Shown here: positions 18,625 to 26,683 of the stretch, one piece after another
Layout of the letters: each line of letters starts with the position of its first letter
How positions within the stretch are numbered: the first letter of the stretch is position 1
Assembly (NCBI GenBank): GCA_965218795.1
Contig: OZ244653.1
Location: 3,392,001 to 3,456,000, forward strand
DNA from: a bacterium
GTDB taxonomy: Bacteria; UBA8248; JACPRG01; G963555815
Length of the DNA: 64,000 nt
Direction: 5' to 3'
Notes under the pieces: generated by a model
The model's input: the letters and a program-made list of their open reading frames with translations, nothing else
The model's database searches: none
Told to the model about the DNA's origin: nothing
Made by a program: the position numbers and the translations under genes

Positions 18625-18720
18625 GACCGCAAGGAAGGATTCTACCGCCTCATCCCTTTCCCCCTGTCGCAGAACCGGACGACTCAAGTTCGTCACCGTA
18701 CCCAAAGGGCCACGGAACAC

Positions 18721-19245
18721 ATGCCTGGGAAATCGCGCGCGCCGCTTACCCTCCCCAAGGGCTGCCAAAACGTCATCAAGGGGCTCAAATCCGCCGACGT
18801 CCGGGTCCTGGCCATGGTTACGGATACGAACATTGCGCCGATGATCGCCGAAGTATCGAACGACCCGTTTTTCAACTCCGTCCGCTGCTGCAGCGAAGAG
18901 GAGGCCGTTGCCGTTGCGGCCGGCGCGGCGCTTGCGGGCCGGCGAAGCGCAACGATTTTCCAGAACGCGGGACTGTTCAGCAGCGGCCGGGGGATCGCGC
19001 TGGCCCAGACGGTCTCAGCGCCTGTTGTCATGCTGATCAGTCACCGGGGGGATGATCAGGATCCCGTCCCATACCATCTGTACAAAGGACAGAAGACCGA
19101 ACCGCTCCTCAGCGCGTTGGGCGTCCGCCTCGCGCACGCCAACCCTGAGCAGCCTTTGGAGGATCAGGTCGCCCGGGCCGTCGCCTACGCCCAGGCGGCC
19201 CGCGACCCGTTCGCCCTGCTGCTTTCGCGAAGGGCTCTGCAATGA
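18721..19245 (+). CDS. ThDP-dependent decarboxylase alpha subunit (sulfopyruvate/phosphonopyruvate decarboxylase-like)
   Basis: SEEEAVAVAAGAALAG...FQNAGL...MLISHRG. Confidence 0.8.
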   Translation: MPGKSRAPLTLPKGCQNVIKGLKSADVRVLAMVTDTNIAPMIAEVSNDPFFNSVRCCSEEEAVAVAAGAALAGRRSATIFQNAGLFSSGRGIALAQTVSAPVVMLISHRGDDQDPVPYHLYKGQKTEPLLSALGVRLAHANPEQPLEDQVARAVAYAQAARDPFALLLSRRALQ

Positions 19246-19841
19246 ATCAGCTCCCCGGCCGCGAAGCGTATTTGCGAAGGCTCGCCCCCAAAGCCGACGG
19301 GCGGATTGTCGTGAGCTATCTCGGGAGTTCCGCCCGGATCTGGTCGAGGCTCCGCCCCGAGGGCCCCAACTTCATCAACCGGGATTTCATGGGCCTGAAC
19401 CTCTCCGTCGCGCTCGGCATGGCCATGGCTCAACCCGATCAATCCGTGATCGTGATGGAAGGAGACGGCGGGTTGCTGATGAAACTGGAAAGCCTCGTCA
19501 CCGTCGGCGCCAAGGCCCCGCCGAACCTTCTCGTCCTGACCTTTTTCAATAACTGGTACGTGACGGGAGGCGGACAGCCGCTGCCGTCCGGCGCGCTCAA
19601 CCTGGAGGATTTTGCCAAAGCCGCGCGGTTCCCCCAGACGGCCACGGTGGATTCACCCGAAGCCTTTGACGCCGCTTTGGATCGAATGCTCGATTCGGGG
19701 CGCCTCGGATATATCAACGTCCGGGTTGCCCATGATACCGAGTCGGACGTTCACGGATCGGTCGAACACGAAAATCGGGTCCCGCCGACATTGAAAATGC
19801 GGACCGATTTTACACGCTGGATACAAGAGCGGCGTTCCTGA
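19242..19841 (+). CDS. ThDP-dependent decarboxylase beta subunit
   Basis: MG..LSVALGMA; ThDP motif EGDGGLLM...FNN..Y..TGGGQ; ATGA overlap with the alpha gene. Confidence 0.82.
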   Translation: MNQLPGREAYLRRLAPKADGRIVVSYLGSSARIWSRLRPEGPNFINRDFMGLNLSVALGMAMAQPDQSVIVMEGDGGLLMKLESLVTVGAKAPPNLLVLTFFNNWYVTGGGQPLPSGALNLEDFAKAARFPQTATVDSPEAFDAALDRMLDSGRLGYINVRVAHDTESDVHGSVEHENRVPPTLKMRTDFTRWIQERRS

Positions 19842-19982
19842 GAACCACGGACGCCGAAACCCTGACGGAGACCGGAAATGCGGCCTTCCAGCAACGGGAC
19901 CGGGGGCTCCTTCACACGGATATCGAGCGGTCCAGGGTCTTCAAGATGGACTTGGGGCGGAATGACGAGGAGATGATATCTG

Positions 19983-20594
19983 TTGGCTGACCCTCTTCGA
20001 ATCCTTGTCCTCTGCGGAAGCATCCGGCGGCCTTCTTATACGATGGCTCTCGCCCGGAGCGCCGAACGCGCCTTGGTTCAGCGGGGGTCCCGGGTCGTGG
20101 TTTGGGATTTTATCGGGAAGCCGCCTCCTATCGCCGACCCGGAGCATCACGCGGATCCTCATTCGAATCCCGACGCCTTCGTCCGGGAATTGGCCGACAT
20201 TGCGGACAATAGCGACGGGTTTATCTGGGCGTCTCCGGTCTACCATAACTCCTATGCAGGAGTGCTGAAAAACGCCCTGGATAACCTGACGATCCCCCAA
20301 TTCGCCTACAAGCCCGTCGGCCTGATGGGACACGGCACCGATCGGACGACACAGGCCGTTGATCCCCTGAGAATTGTTGTCCGGGGCTTGCACGGCGTCT
20401 CTTTGACGGCAAACGTGTGCACGTGTGCCGAAGATTTTCAGGAGGCCAAGGGCGGGCAAGACTACGAGGTTGATTCAAGAGTGATTCTTGAACGCATCGA
20501 TCGATTCGTCGACGAACTCCTGGAATTCGCCGAAGAATTCAGACAGCTTCGTGAAAAACGAAGAGCGGGGGAGGAGGGGGCGCATGGCCGATAA
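19983..20594 (+). CDS. NAD(P)H-dependent FMN reductase (flavodoxin-like)
   Basis: GSIRRPSYT and SPVYHNSYAGVLKNALD. Confidence 0.9.
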   Translation: MADPLRILVLCGSIRRPSYTMALARSAERALVQRGSRVVVWDFIGKPPPIADPEHHADPHSNPDAFVRELADIADNSDGFIWASPVYHNSYAGVLKNALDNLTIPQFAYKPVGLMGHGTDRTTQAVDPLRIVVRGLHGVSLTANVCTCAEDFQEAKGGQDYEVDSRVILERIDRFVDELLEFAEEFRQLREKRRAGEEGAHGR

Positions 20595-20618
20595 CCAATC
20601 CGCCGCGCAGTATCTCGT
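20584..20618 (+). pseudogene. 5' stub of a gene (MADNQSAAQYLV) interrupted at the prophage terminus
   Basis: Strong RBS GAGGAGG and ATG overlapping the FMN reductase end; the frame runs into the phage end after 12 codons. Confidence 0.5.
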
Positions 20619-20976
20619 TGAGCAGGTTCAGAAATAACTGTAGAGGCGAGAAATACCGTGGGATACCGTGGAATATCGTGGAAAAGGGCGATTTGGGGGA
20701 CGAGATCTCGCTCCGCAATGTGCGCGTGAACGCCTGATCCTTCGCCCAAGATCCGACCGCCGCTTTCCTGCCTCAAACGCCTAAAAATCGCGGAACAAGC
20801 GCCTTTTCCGGGACAAATGAAAGACATGAGGGGTTGAACCGCCTTGGGGCCGGGATGGGCGGTCAGCGCTCCGCTGAGGGCCTGACGGCGCCACGCTGAG
20901 AAAGACCGGACGGCCCACCGGAAAGACCCGAAAATCCAAAAGAAATAATTGTAGATTGTGACCGTGCAACGGTCGA

Positions 20977-21022
20977 AAAAGGCCCTTGCGACGCCTTTTT
21001 ATAGGCGTTTCAAGGGCCTTTT
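20977..21022. terminator. Long imperfect palindrome, possible bidirectional terminator
   Basis: AAAAGGCCCTTG..ACGCCT-loop-AGGCGT..CAAGGGCCTTTT. Confidence 0.55.
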
Positions 21023-21312
21023 CTTTCGGCAAAAAGTGGGAATTTCAGCACCCGAAAAACGCGATAAAATTCCCCCGAATCCGGAGCGTTCAAGACGGGG
21101 TTCGCGCCGCTCCTCTCCCGCGTGGAATTTATTTGACTGAATAGGCTGGATATCGTAGAACTTCCCAGACAAGCAAAAGCCAGGATGTGGAGTCCTGGCT
21201 TTTTAGGTCCGCATCACACGGTTTCGGAGACCACGGCGGACAATACACGCAGGAAGAATATACCTCTTCCGACGCGTTGAGTCAAGTGGTCTCTCCGTAA
21301 GGGGAGACATCC

Positions 21313-22185
21313 ATGTGGGAGAGGAGGTTTCGAGTCAACATTTACGACGTGAGGCATGAAGGGCAAGACCCCATTCCGTTTGAGAAGGCCATCAGCATCG
21401 CTTGCAAGAAAAGTCTTAGGAGGCGTGGCAGAGATGAAAATGAGAAGCATCACCGTTTGGAGAATCACAAACAAAAAACAGACCGTTTTCTCCTCAATTT
21501 CGTAACACTGGATTTTCCCGGACCGGGACGCGCAAAACGCGAAGGTCCGGTATCTCCTTTCGGACTCGATGAAGATGAATCCTACACACATGAAACGGCT
21601 ATACTCTACGACATCGATAATCGGCTTGCATTCATCGAGTCCAAAAAGGTCGGCATGGGCTACGGAGCCATTGCGCGTTACTTTACAGATTTCGCTGGTT
21701 TGGGAACAGCGTATCAACTGATTCCTCGGCTTGACCCCGATGCGGCCACAAGGGCACGTAAAAAACGGCTAATTCGAGGTATGCAAATGAGGGTGGGCCT
21801 TGGTCCCATCACTCGAGATCATGCCAATACGCCAAGTCCGATTGTCGCTTTCGGGAATGCCTTTGGGGCGTCTTTTGTAGATGTCGAGATCAAGATTGAA
21901 GGGGGCAAACACAAATCGCTTTCACTCGATCGAATCAGTGAGTTCCTCCGCCGTGAGACGGATTATGAAAAGTTAGGCATTCAGCAATTGAAGGTGAACG
22001 GGAAAGAGAGCGAAGAAGAATCTCTTGAACTCATTGATTTGTTACAGCACCCCGAAAAACGGGACCGGAATTTGCCCGTAGACCCTGTAGAAAGAAAGAT
22101 TTTACACGAATATCGATGGGGCGCACTCGAAGACATCTGTAGGATATTCAGGCTTGAAATTTCTTTGGATCGACAAAAGGATTGA
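21313..22185 (+). CDS. Uncharacterised soluble protein, resembles DUF6731-type prophage cargo (candidate defence component)
   Basis: Lower GC than flanks; pattern L..DE....ET.ILYD......IE....G...AI..YF...LIP.LD and L.V.GK......E.IDLL recalled for this family; overlaps a downstream TM gene. Confidence 0.6.
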   Translation: MWERRFRVNIYDVRHEGQDPIPFEKAISIACKKSLRRRGRDENEKHHRLENHKQKTDRFLLNFVTLDFPGPGRAKREGPVSPFGLDEDESYTHETAILYDIDNRLAFIESKKVGMGYGAIARYFTDFAGLGTAYQLIPRLDPDAATRARKKRLIRGMQMRVGLGPITRDHANTPSPIVAFGNAFGASFVDVEIKIEGGKHKSLSLDRISEFLRRETDYEKLGIQQLKVNGKESEEESLELIDLLQHPEKRDRNLPVDPVERKILHEYRWGALEDICRIFRLEISLDRQKD

Positions 22186-22603
22186 GCAATACGGACCATA
22201 CCTGTTGGCGGTTTGTGCTGCCGGCGGGATGTATGCGATCGGTTTGGACATCTCCACATTCCCTGAATCACTGCCCGTTGGCTCTATGACTTTCGGTGTG
22301 GTCGTGGCTGGTTTTACAGCGACACAGCGAAATATTTTTCTTGGGATGGGTGGATCAAAAGTTATGAAATTCGCCATGGTGACGGGATATTACCAGGATG
22401 TCTTGCGCTACTTCAGGGATTGCATTTACTCGGGTCTTTTTTTGGCTCTCTGGTCAGTTTTGCTTTCCCTGATCTGTGGTCATATTTGGGTATGGATGGT
22501 TTGGGGTGGAATGCTCGTTTTGGTGCTGGCCTTTATTGTACGCAGCGAACTTCTCATGTCCGTCATCATTCAGAGATTTATTGAAGGGCAACGCTCAACG
22601 TAA
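22154..22603 (+). CDS. Four-TM membrane protein, partner of the upstream gene
   Basis: Four hydrophobic segments; 32-bp overlap with the upstream ORF. Confidence 0.75.
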   Translation: MKFLWIDKRIEQYGPYLLAVCAAGGMYAIGLDISTFPESLPVGSMTFGVVVAGFTATQRNIFLGMGGSKVMKFAMVTGYYQDVLRYFRDCIYSGLFLALWSVLLSLICGHIWVWMVWGGMLVLVLAFIVRSELLMSVIIQRFIEGQRST

Positions 22604-22840
22604 GGCCCCGCTGGATGGCTTTTCATTGTTCCGTTTTTTCTTCCTCCTCCGGCATGGGGCGCCGATATCTCGTAACTTCCTCAGTTTGCAGGTTACGAAG
22701 GCCATTTTCGGGTGCTTGTATGCCCATCGTGCGGGAATCGCGTGCTCTACCGAGGCCCTGGCGATTCCTTTGAGGCCCATATCGTCAATAGGCCGGACCT
22801 GTTCGAAGGATTTTAGGTCTCTCTTCATCTCTCCCTCCAT
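22595..22840 (-). CDS. Small basic hypothetical protein downstream of MuF
   Basis: RBS GGAGG before ATG; 81 aa. Confidence 0.45.
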   Translation of the reverse strand: MEGEMKRDLKSFEQVRPIDDMGLKGIARASVEHAIPARWAYKHPKMAFVTCKLRKLRDIGAPCRRRKKKRNNEKPSSGALR

Positions 22841-22876
22841 TGACCTCCGCCCCGCCCCGTCGTAAATTACTACTTG

Positions 22877-22941
22877 GCGCCCGAGTCAGACGTATTACCA
22901 TGGCTTCGGCCTAGCGGGGAACGTTACGCACCCCCGGGCGC
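22877..22941 (-). ncRNA. Candidate structured RNA immediately downstream of the MuF stop codon
   Basis: 9-bp closing stem GCGCCCGGG/CUCGGGCGC, internal GCUA-GGC-CGAA-GCC-A-UGGU hairpin, G-run/CCCC stem and possible pseudoknot GCGUA/UACGU; no U-tract. Confidence 0.45.
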
Positions 22942-22948
22942 TGTCCTT

Positions 22949-24145
22949 TTACTTCCTACGCAATTTCCGAAGTTTCCTCCGCGCACTGAGAAGCTGCTTT
23001 CTGTTCGACCGGTGTTTCGTCGGCATGTACGTCTCTTCGCCGTCCTCCGTGGTCTTGATCACCAGGCGCCATGGGCGGCCGCCCTCCTCCAGAAAGCCAA
23101 TCGCCGCCCTCGGGTTTTTGGCGTCAAAGAACATCTCCCCCTCATCCAGCACGTGCTGAACCCGCAGCCAGTCCTCCGGGCCGAACTCCGCGAAGCGCGC
23201 GTGAGACCTCGCCGTCTCGCTCGATAGCCGCAGCGTCCTCGACCGCCCGCGGATCGCGCCCAGAATCCTCTTGGGCGTCACCGCCATCGGCCAGCTCCCG
23301 GCCTCCTCCCCGCCCAGAAAATCCGCAAGCCCCGGGTTGCCCGCGAACCCCCGGGCCGCCGCCCGGGCCAGGTCCTCCGGAGCCGCGTCCATTTTCTCGA
23401 TCACCTGCTCCAGGGCCTCGCCGACCCGGCCCACCCGGCCCACGTTGTGGTCCCATCCGGGATCGAGGCCCACGGGGATCTGCCTCATTTCGCCGGTCCG
23501 CTTGTTCACCCATTCGCGGGTTTTGCCGGCGTTGCTCGGGACGTCCGTCACCTTGTAGCCGTAGCGTTCCAGGTCGTCCTCCCCGAGCTGCTGGACGATG
23601 CACCGGCAGCCCCATCCGTTGGGCGGATAGTGGGTTTGCCAGAAGGGGTGATCCACCGGCAGCACCGTCCCGTGCCAGCCCAGGTGCTCTTCCCGCGTCC
23701 GCTCGTCGGTCACGGCCACGTAGCGCAGATACGGAAGGTCCGCCTTGACGCGCTGGATCCGCTCCCACCGGCCAGCGCCGTAGGAGGCCCGCAGGTTGGC
23801 GTCGAAGATGGTCCGCAGGCGGTAGGGTGAGCCAAGCTGCACGATCCGCGTTTCACCCGTCAACGGGTCAAGTATCGGCGCACGGCCCCACCAGCCGCGC
23901 TTCACCAGCAACGGCTCAAGCTCGCTGCGGAAGGTATCAAGCGTGATCCCATCGGATATGGCCCGGTCCACGGCCTTCCGGATGTCCGTGAGGATGTCCA
24001 GGTCCATGGCCTTGGCCACGGTGAAGGCCCGGGCGTGCAAGGCCGCGTCAGCGTCCTGCCAGGCGAACGTGATCTTGCGGCCCTTCTTGCGGAAGCGCCT
24101 CACCGCCTCAACGGGCGGGACGTTCAGGATTTCGGGGAGCGGCAT
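22949..24145 (-). CDS. Phage Mu gpF-like head morphogenesis protein with C-terminal extension resembling a BECR-fold (PBECR) nuclease
   Basis: HARAFTVAKA, LVKRGWWG, RLRTIFDANL, YVAVTDERTR..H..WHG and YPPNGWGCRC; the last ~100 aa TLRLSSETARSH...WRLVIKTT..G.E.Y....HR. Confidence 0.88.
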   Translation of the reverse strand: MPLPEILNVPPVEAVRRFRKKGRKITFAWQDADAALHARAFTVAKAMDLDILTDIRKAVDRAISDGITLDTFRSELEPLLVKRGWWGRAPILDPLTGETRIVQLGSPYRLRTIFDANLRASYGAGRWERIQRVKADLPYLRYVAVTDERTREEHLGWHGTVLPVDHPFWQTHYPPNGWGCRCIVQQLGEDDLERYGYKVTDVPSNAGKTREWVNKRTGEMRQIPVGLDPGWDHNVGRVGRVGEALEQVIEKMDAAPEDLARAAARGFAGNPGLADFLGGEEAGSWPMAVTPKRILGAIRGRSRTLRLSSETARSHARFAEFGPEDWLRVQHVLDEGEMFFDAKNPRAAIGFLEEGGRPWRLVIKTTEDGEETYMPTKHRSNRKQLLSARRKLRKLRRK

Positions 24146-24157
24146 GGGTCAATCACC

Positions 24158-24247
24158 ACATGGATAGGGATGAACATGGATAGACAGGATGAAAATTACA
24201 AATTTCTGTTTTTCTTTTCCCATCCTGTGCATCCTGTGCATCCATGT
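24158..24247. repeat. Palindromic REP/MITE-like element with 9-bp subrepeats
   Basis: ACATGGATAGACAGGATG ... CATCCTGTGCATCCTGTGCATCCATGT around an AT-rich core. Confidence 0.7.
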
Positions 24248-24258
24248 CTGGTCTCCGG

Positions 24259-25071
24259 TCAGGGCTTCGCCGGGTCCCATACGATCGTCGCTATCTGCTC
24301 TTTGGTCAGCTTCGCCCGGTAGTGCCGAAGGTGGCGCTTGAGAGAAACCTTTGTCCTTCCGTTGATCTCAATCGGCGCGCTCTCCAGCACCGGATCGCCC
24401 CATACATGAAGCCAGCCCCACGGGCTGATCATCACAACCGGCTTACCGCCCTTGCGGTAAACCATCCCGACCGGGCAGGCAGTGTGAAAAGCAGACTTCC
24501 ACCAGCACAGCCGCCTTTTCCGTACAAAGCCCACGGTCAGGATCGCCGAAAGGGGTTCGGGTGCGGGCTCGGCTTGGGGTTCGGCTTCAGCGGAGATCGC
24601 CGGTTTTCCCTCCGCGTCCTCAAGCGCCAGGTCGATCATGTCGCCCACGGTTGTTTTGTAATACTGATGTCCGCCTTTTTCGTACCACCAGTACCGCAGG
24701 CTTCGGACCTTCGGCCCAGCTTTCCTCAGCAGGTCGCGCAGGTCGGCGGCCCCGTCGCGCTTGAGGAGCTTGCTCCACGCTAACCTGGTCAACTCCCGGT
24801 TGAACTCTCCATTCGGCCCGAGGATAGGTATGGCGTCGGACAGGGCGGCGGAGTACAGGTCGCTCTTGATCTTCCGGCAGCTCCATGGAAAGCGGTCATG
24901 GACCATCCGCAGATCGCCGTCGGCATTGTACTCGTACAAGTAGCCGCCGCCCGACAGGCTGGCATTCGGCTCCGGAGACCAGATCGGCAAATGGTCCTTG
25001 AACTGAAAGCCCCGGCTGAGCATGTTCCAGCGGAGGATATTGTGATGTACGCCAGGGTTCGCGGAACCCAT
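24259..25071 (-). CDS. Hypothetical phage protein (two domains joined by an AEPQAEPAPEP linker)
   Basis: RBS GGGGAAGAGAG; 270 aa; no recognised motif. Confidence 0.6.
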   Translation of the reverse strand: MGSANPGVHHNILRWNMLSRGFQFKDHLPIWSPEPNASLSGGGYLYEYNADGDLRMVHDRFPWSCRKIKSDLYSAALSDAIPILGPNGEFNRELTRLAWSKLLKRDGAADLRDLLRKAGPKVRSLRYWWYEKGGHQYYKTTVGDMIDLALEDAEGKPAISAEAEPQAEPAPEPLSAILTVGFVRKRRLCWWKSAFHTACPVGMVYRKGGKPVVMISPWGWLHVWGDPVLESAPIEINGRTKVSLKRHLRHYRAKLTKEQIATIVWDPAKP

Positions 25072-25085
25072 CAGCTCTCTTCCCC

Positions 25086-25319
25086 TTAGATATCCGCCGC
25101 GTATTCTCTGAGCACTCTAACGTCATGCACCCCTCGGGCCTCCAGCTCCGCTGCGTACGCCCTCAGTAGCGTTTCGATATAGTCGAGCTTGGCGTTGGTC
25201 TTATCAACCAATTCCTGGCTCGTTTCATCGCCAATACCGTCCCTGATAAACTCAAAATCTCTTAGGGCCAGCATAAGCCCATATGATGATTCGCCCATTC
25301 TCTCTCTCTCTCCCTTCAT
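25086..25319 (-). CDS. Small hypothetical phage protein
   Basis: ATGA overlap with the portal stop; 77 aa, helical. Confidence 0.55.
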   Translation of the reverse strand: MKGERERMGESSYGLMLALRDFEFIRDGIGDETSQELVDKTNAKLDYIETLLRAYAAELEARGVHDVRVLREYAADI

Positions 25320-26635
25320 TCCGTGCTTCCGTCTGGGTCGTCGGCGTTCTGTAGGCCAGCTCGGCCGGACAGCCAGGCGCTGAATACGTTGGCCCGTACC
25401 CGCAGCGCAAGGGCTTCGTCGTCGAGCTGCTTCGCCAGGCCGCCGAAAGCCTCGTTGAAGTCCTCAAGGTTTTCGGCTTCGGCCGCCGCCGCAAGGATCG
25501 GCTCGATGATCGGGCCGGTCAGCTGCTCCCAATCGTTCGCCGCGTCGACCGCCGCGTCCCCAAGCGGATCGGCCGTTGTGTCGCCCTCGCGGGCCGCGCC
25601 CTGAAGGGTAGTACGCAGCGCCGGTTCTTGGTTCCCCGGCGCCGGTGGCGGCTCCGGCGCCGGTTCCCATTCGCCGCCGTATACGGCCTCGACGTGCTCT
25701 TGCGTGGGCTTGAGGCCGGTGGTCTCGGAAATGATCCGCTCCCGTTCGGCCCGTTTGTCCAGGTCCTCGGGCGGTTCGGCGTCCCGCCGTATCCGGGGGA
25801 TCGCCGCGCCGGGAAAATTCCACTCCGTCAGCCACCTTGAGATCGTGTGGTTCAGAGCGTCATCCAGCATGTGGGCGTCCGCCGCTATGACCTCATCACG
25901 CACGTCCTTCTGGATCTCGGCCGTCCCCTTCCACGGGCCTTGATCCGTGGTGGAGCTTTGGCCCAGGAGGGTCGTCGTTATGGCGCTGTCCAGATACTTC
26001 ACGAACTCCTCGAAATCCGCGCCCGCCCTCCGGGCGGATTCCATAAGCTCGATGTCCTGCCCCTCCGGGAGCGCTATGCCGGAGCCCACCGAAAGGCCCT
26101 TGATCAGTTCCAAGAGCTTGTCAATCTCCTCCTGATTCGCGCCCTTGCGGTATGTGCCCTTGGGCGTGGGAGAGCCGTACTTGTCAAGCGAAACCGCCCA
26201 AAACTTCAGGCCGTTCCGCTTCAGCCATACCGACCAGTAGCACCAACGCGCCAGGCCGGGGCCGTGCGGGATATCGTCGTGGTCGGCCGGGCGCATGAGC
26301 GTTACGAACTTGGCGGGCGGTACGGGGTTGCCTTGGGGCTGGCTCCGGGTCCGCAAAAGCAGGTCCCGCTCCGCGTCCCAACGAAAGCGCTCCGGTGAAC
26401 GGACTATCAGATCCGCCAGGATCACCCGGTTGCCTTCGCGCTCCCAAAGCGCTTCGGCCGCCGAATAGCCGTACCACACGGCATGAAGCAACTGCCGGCA
26501 GATGGGATCGAACTTCAAGCCCTCGAGCTGCGCCTTCAAATCTTCGGCCGCTTGCCTGTCCCGAGCCGTCTTGCCACCGGGCTCCACTTCCCAAGGCCGC
26601 GATATCGTCGCATCGAGGCGCTGATCCAGTGACGC
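25316..26635 (-). pseudogene. Mu gp29-like (DUF935) portal protein, 5'-truncated
   Basis: SLDQRLDATISRPWEVEPGG...AVWYGYSAAE..W, PHGPGLARWCYW, LDKYGSP and LLGQSSTT; no start codon or N-terminal part before the host junction. Confidence 0.85.
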
Positions 26636-26683
26636 AGGGGGGAGGGTTGTCCCTGCATTGCCTGAAAAATGACTGTCCCCTTT

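Larger units (their letters stand above)
20619..26640 (-). mobile_element. Mu-like (transposable) prophage remnant
   Basis: Mu gp29-like portal and MuF genes; a terminus-like sequence ending ...TATTTCTGAACCTGCTCA on the minus strand (TG at 20619), preceded by 10-bp CCACGGTAT-type repeats; the other side is a deletion junction inside the portal gene. Confidence 0.75.

Noticed and set aside
20811-20826. TGTCTTTCATTTGTCC (minus strand) as a transposon end
   Set aside because: It faces away from the phage genes and has no partner; the TG at 20619 fits the interrupted gene and repeat pattern better.
22877-22941. Structured element as a known self-cleaving ribozyme or intrinsic terminator
   Set aside because: I could not match HDV, twister or hammerhead core residues by eye, and there is no U-tract; kept only as an unclassified candidate RNA.
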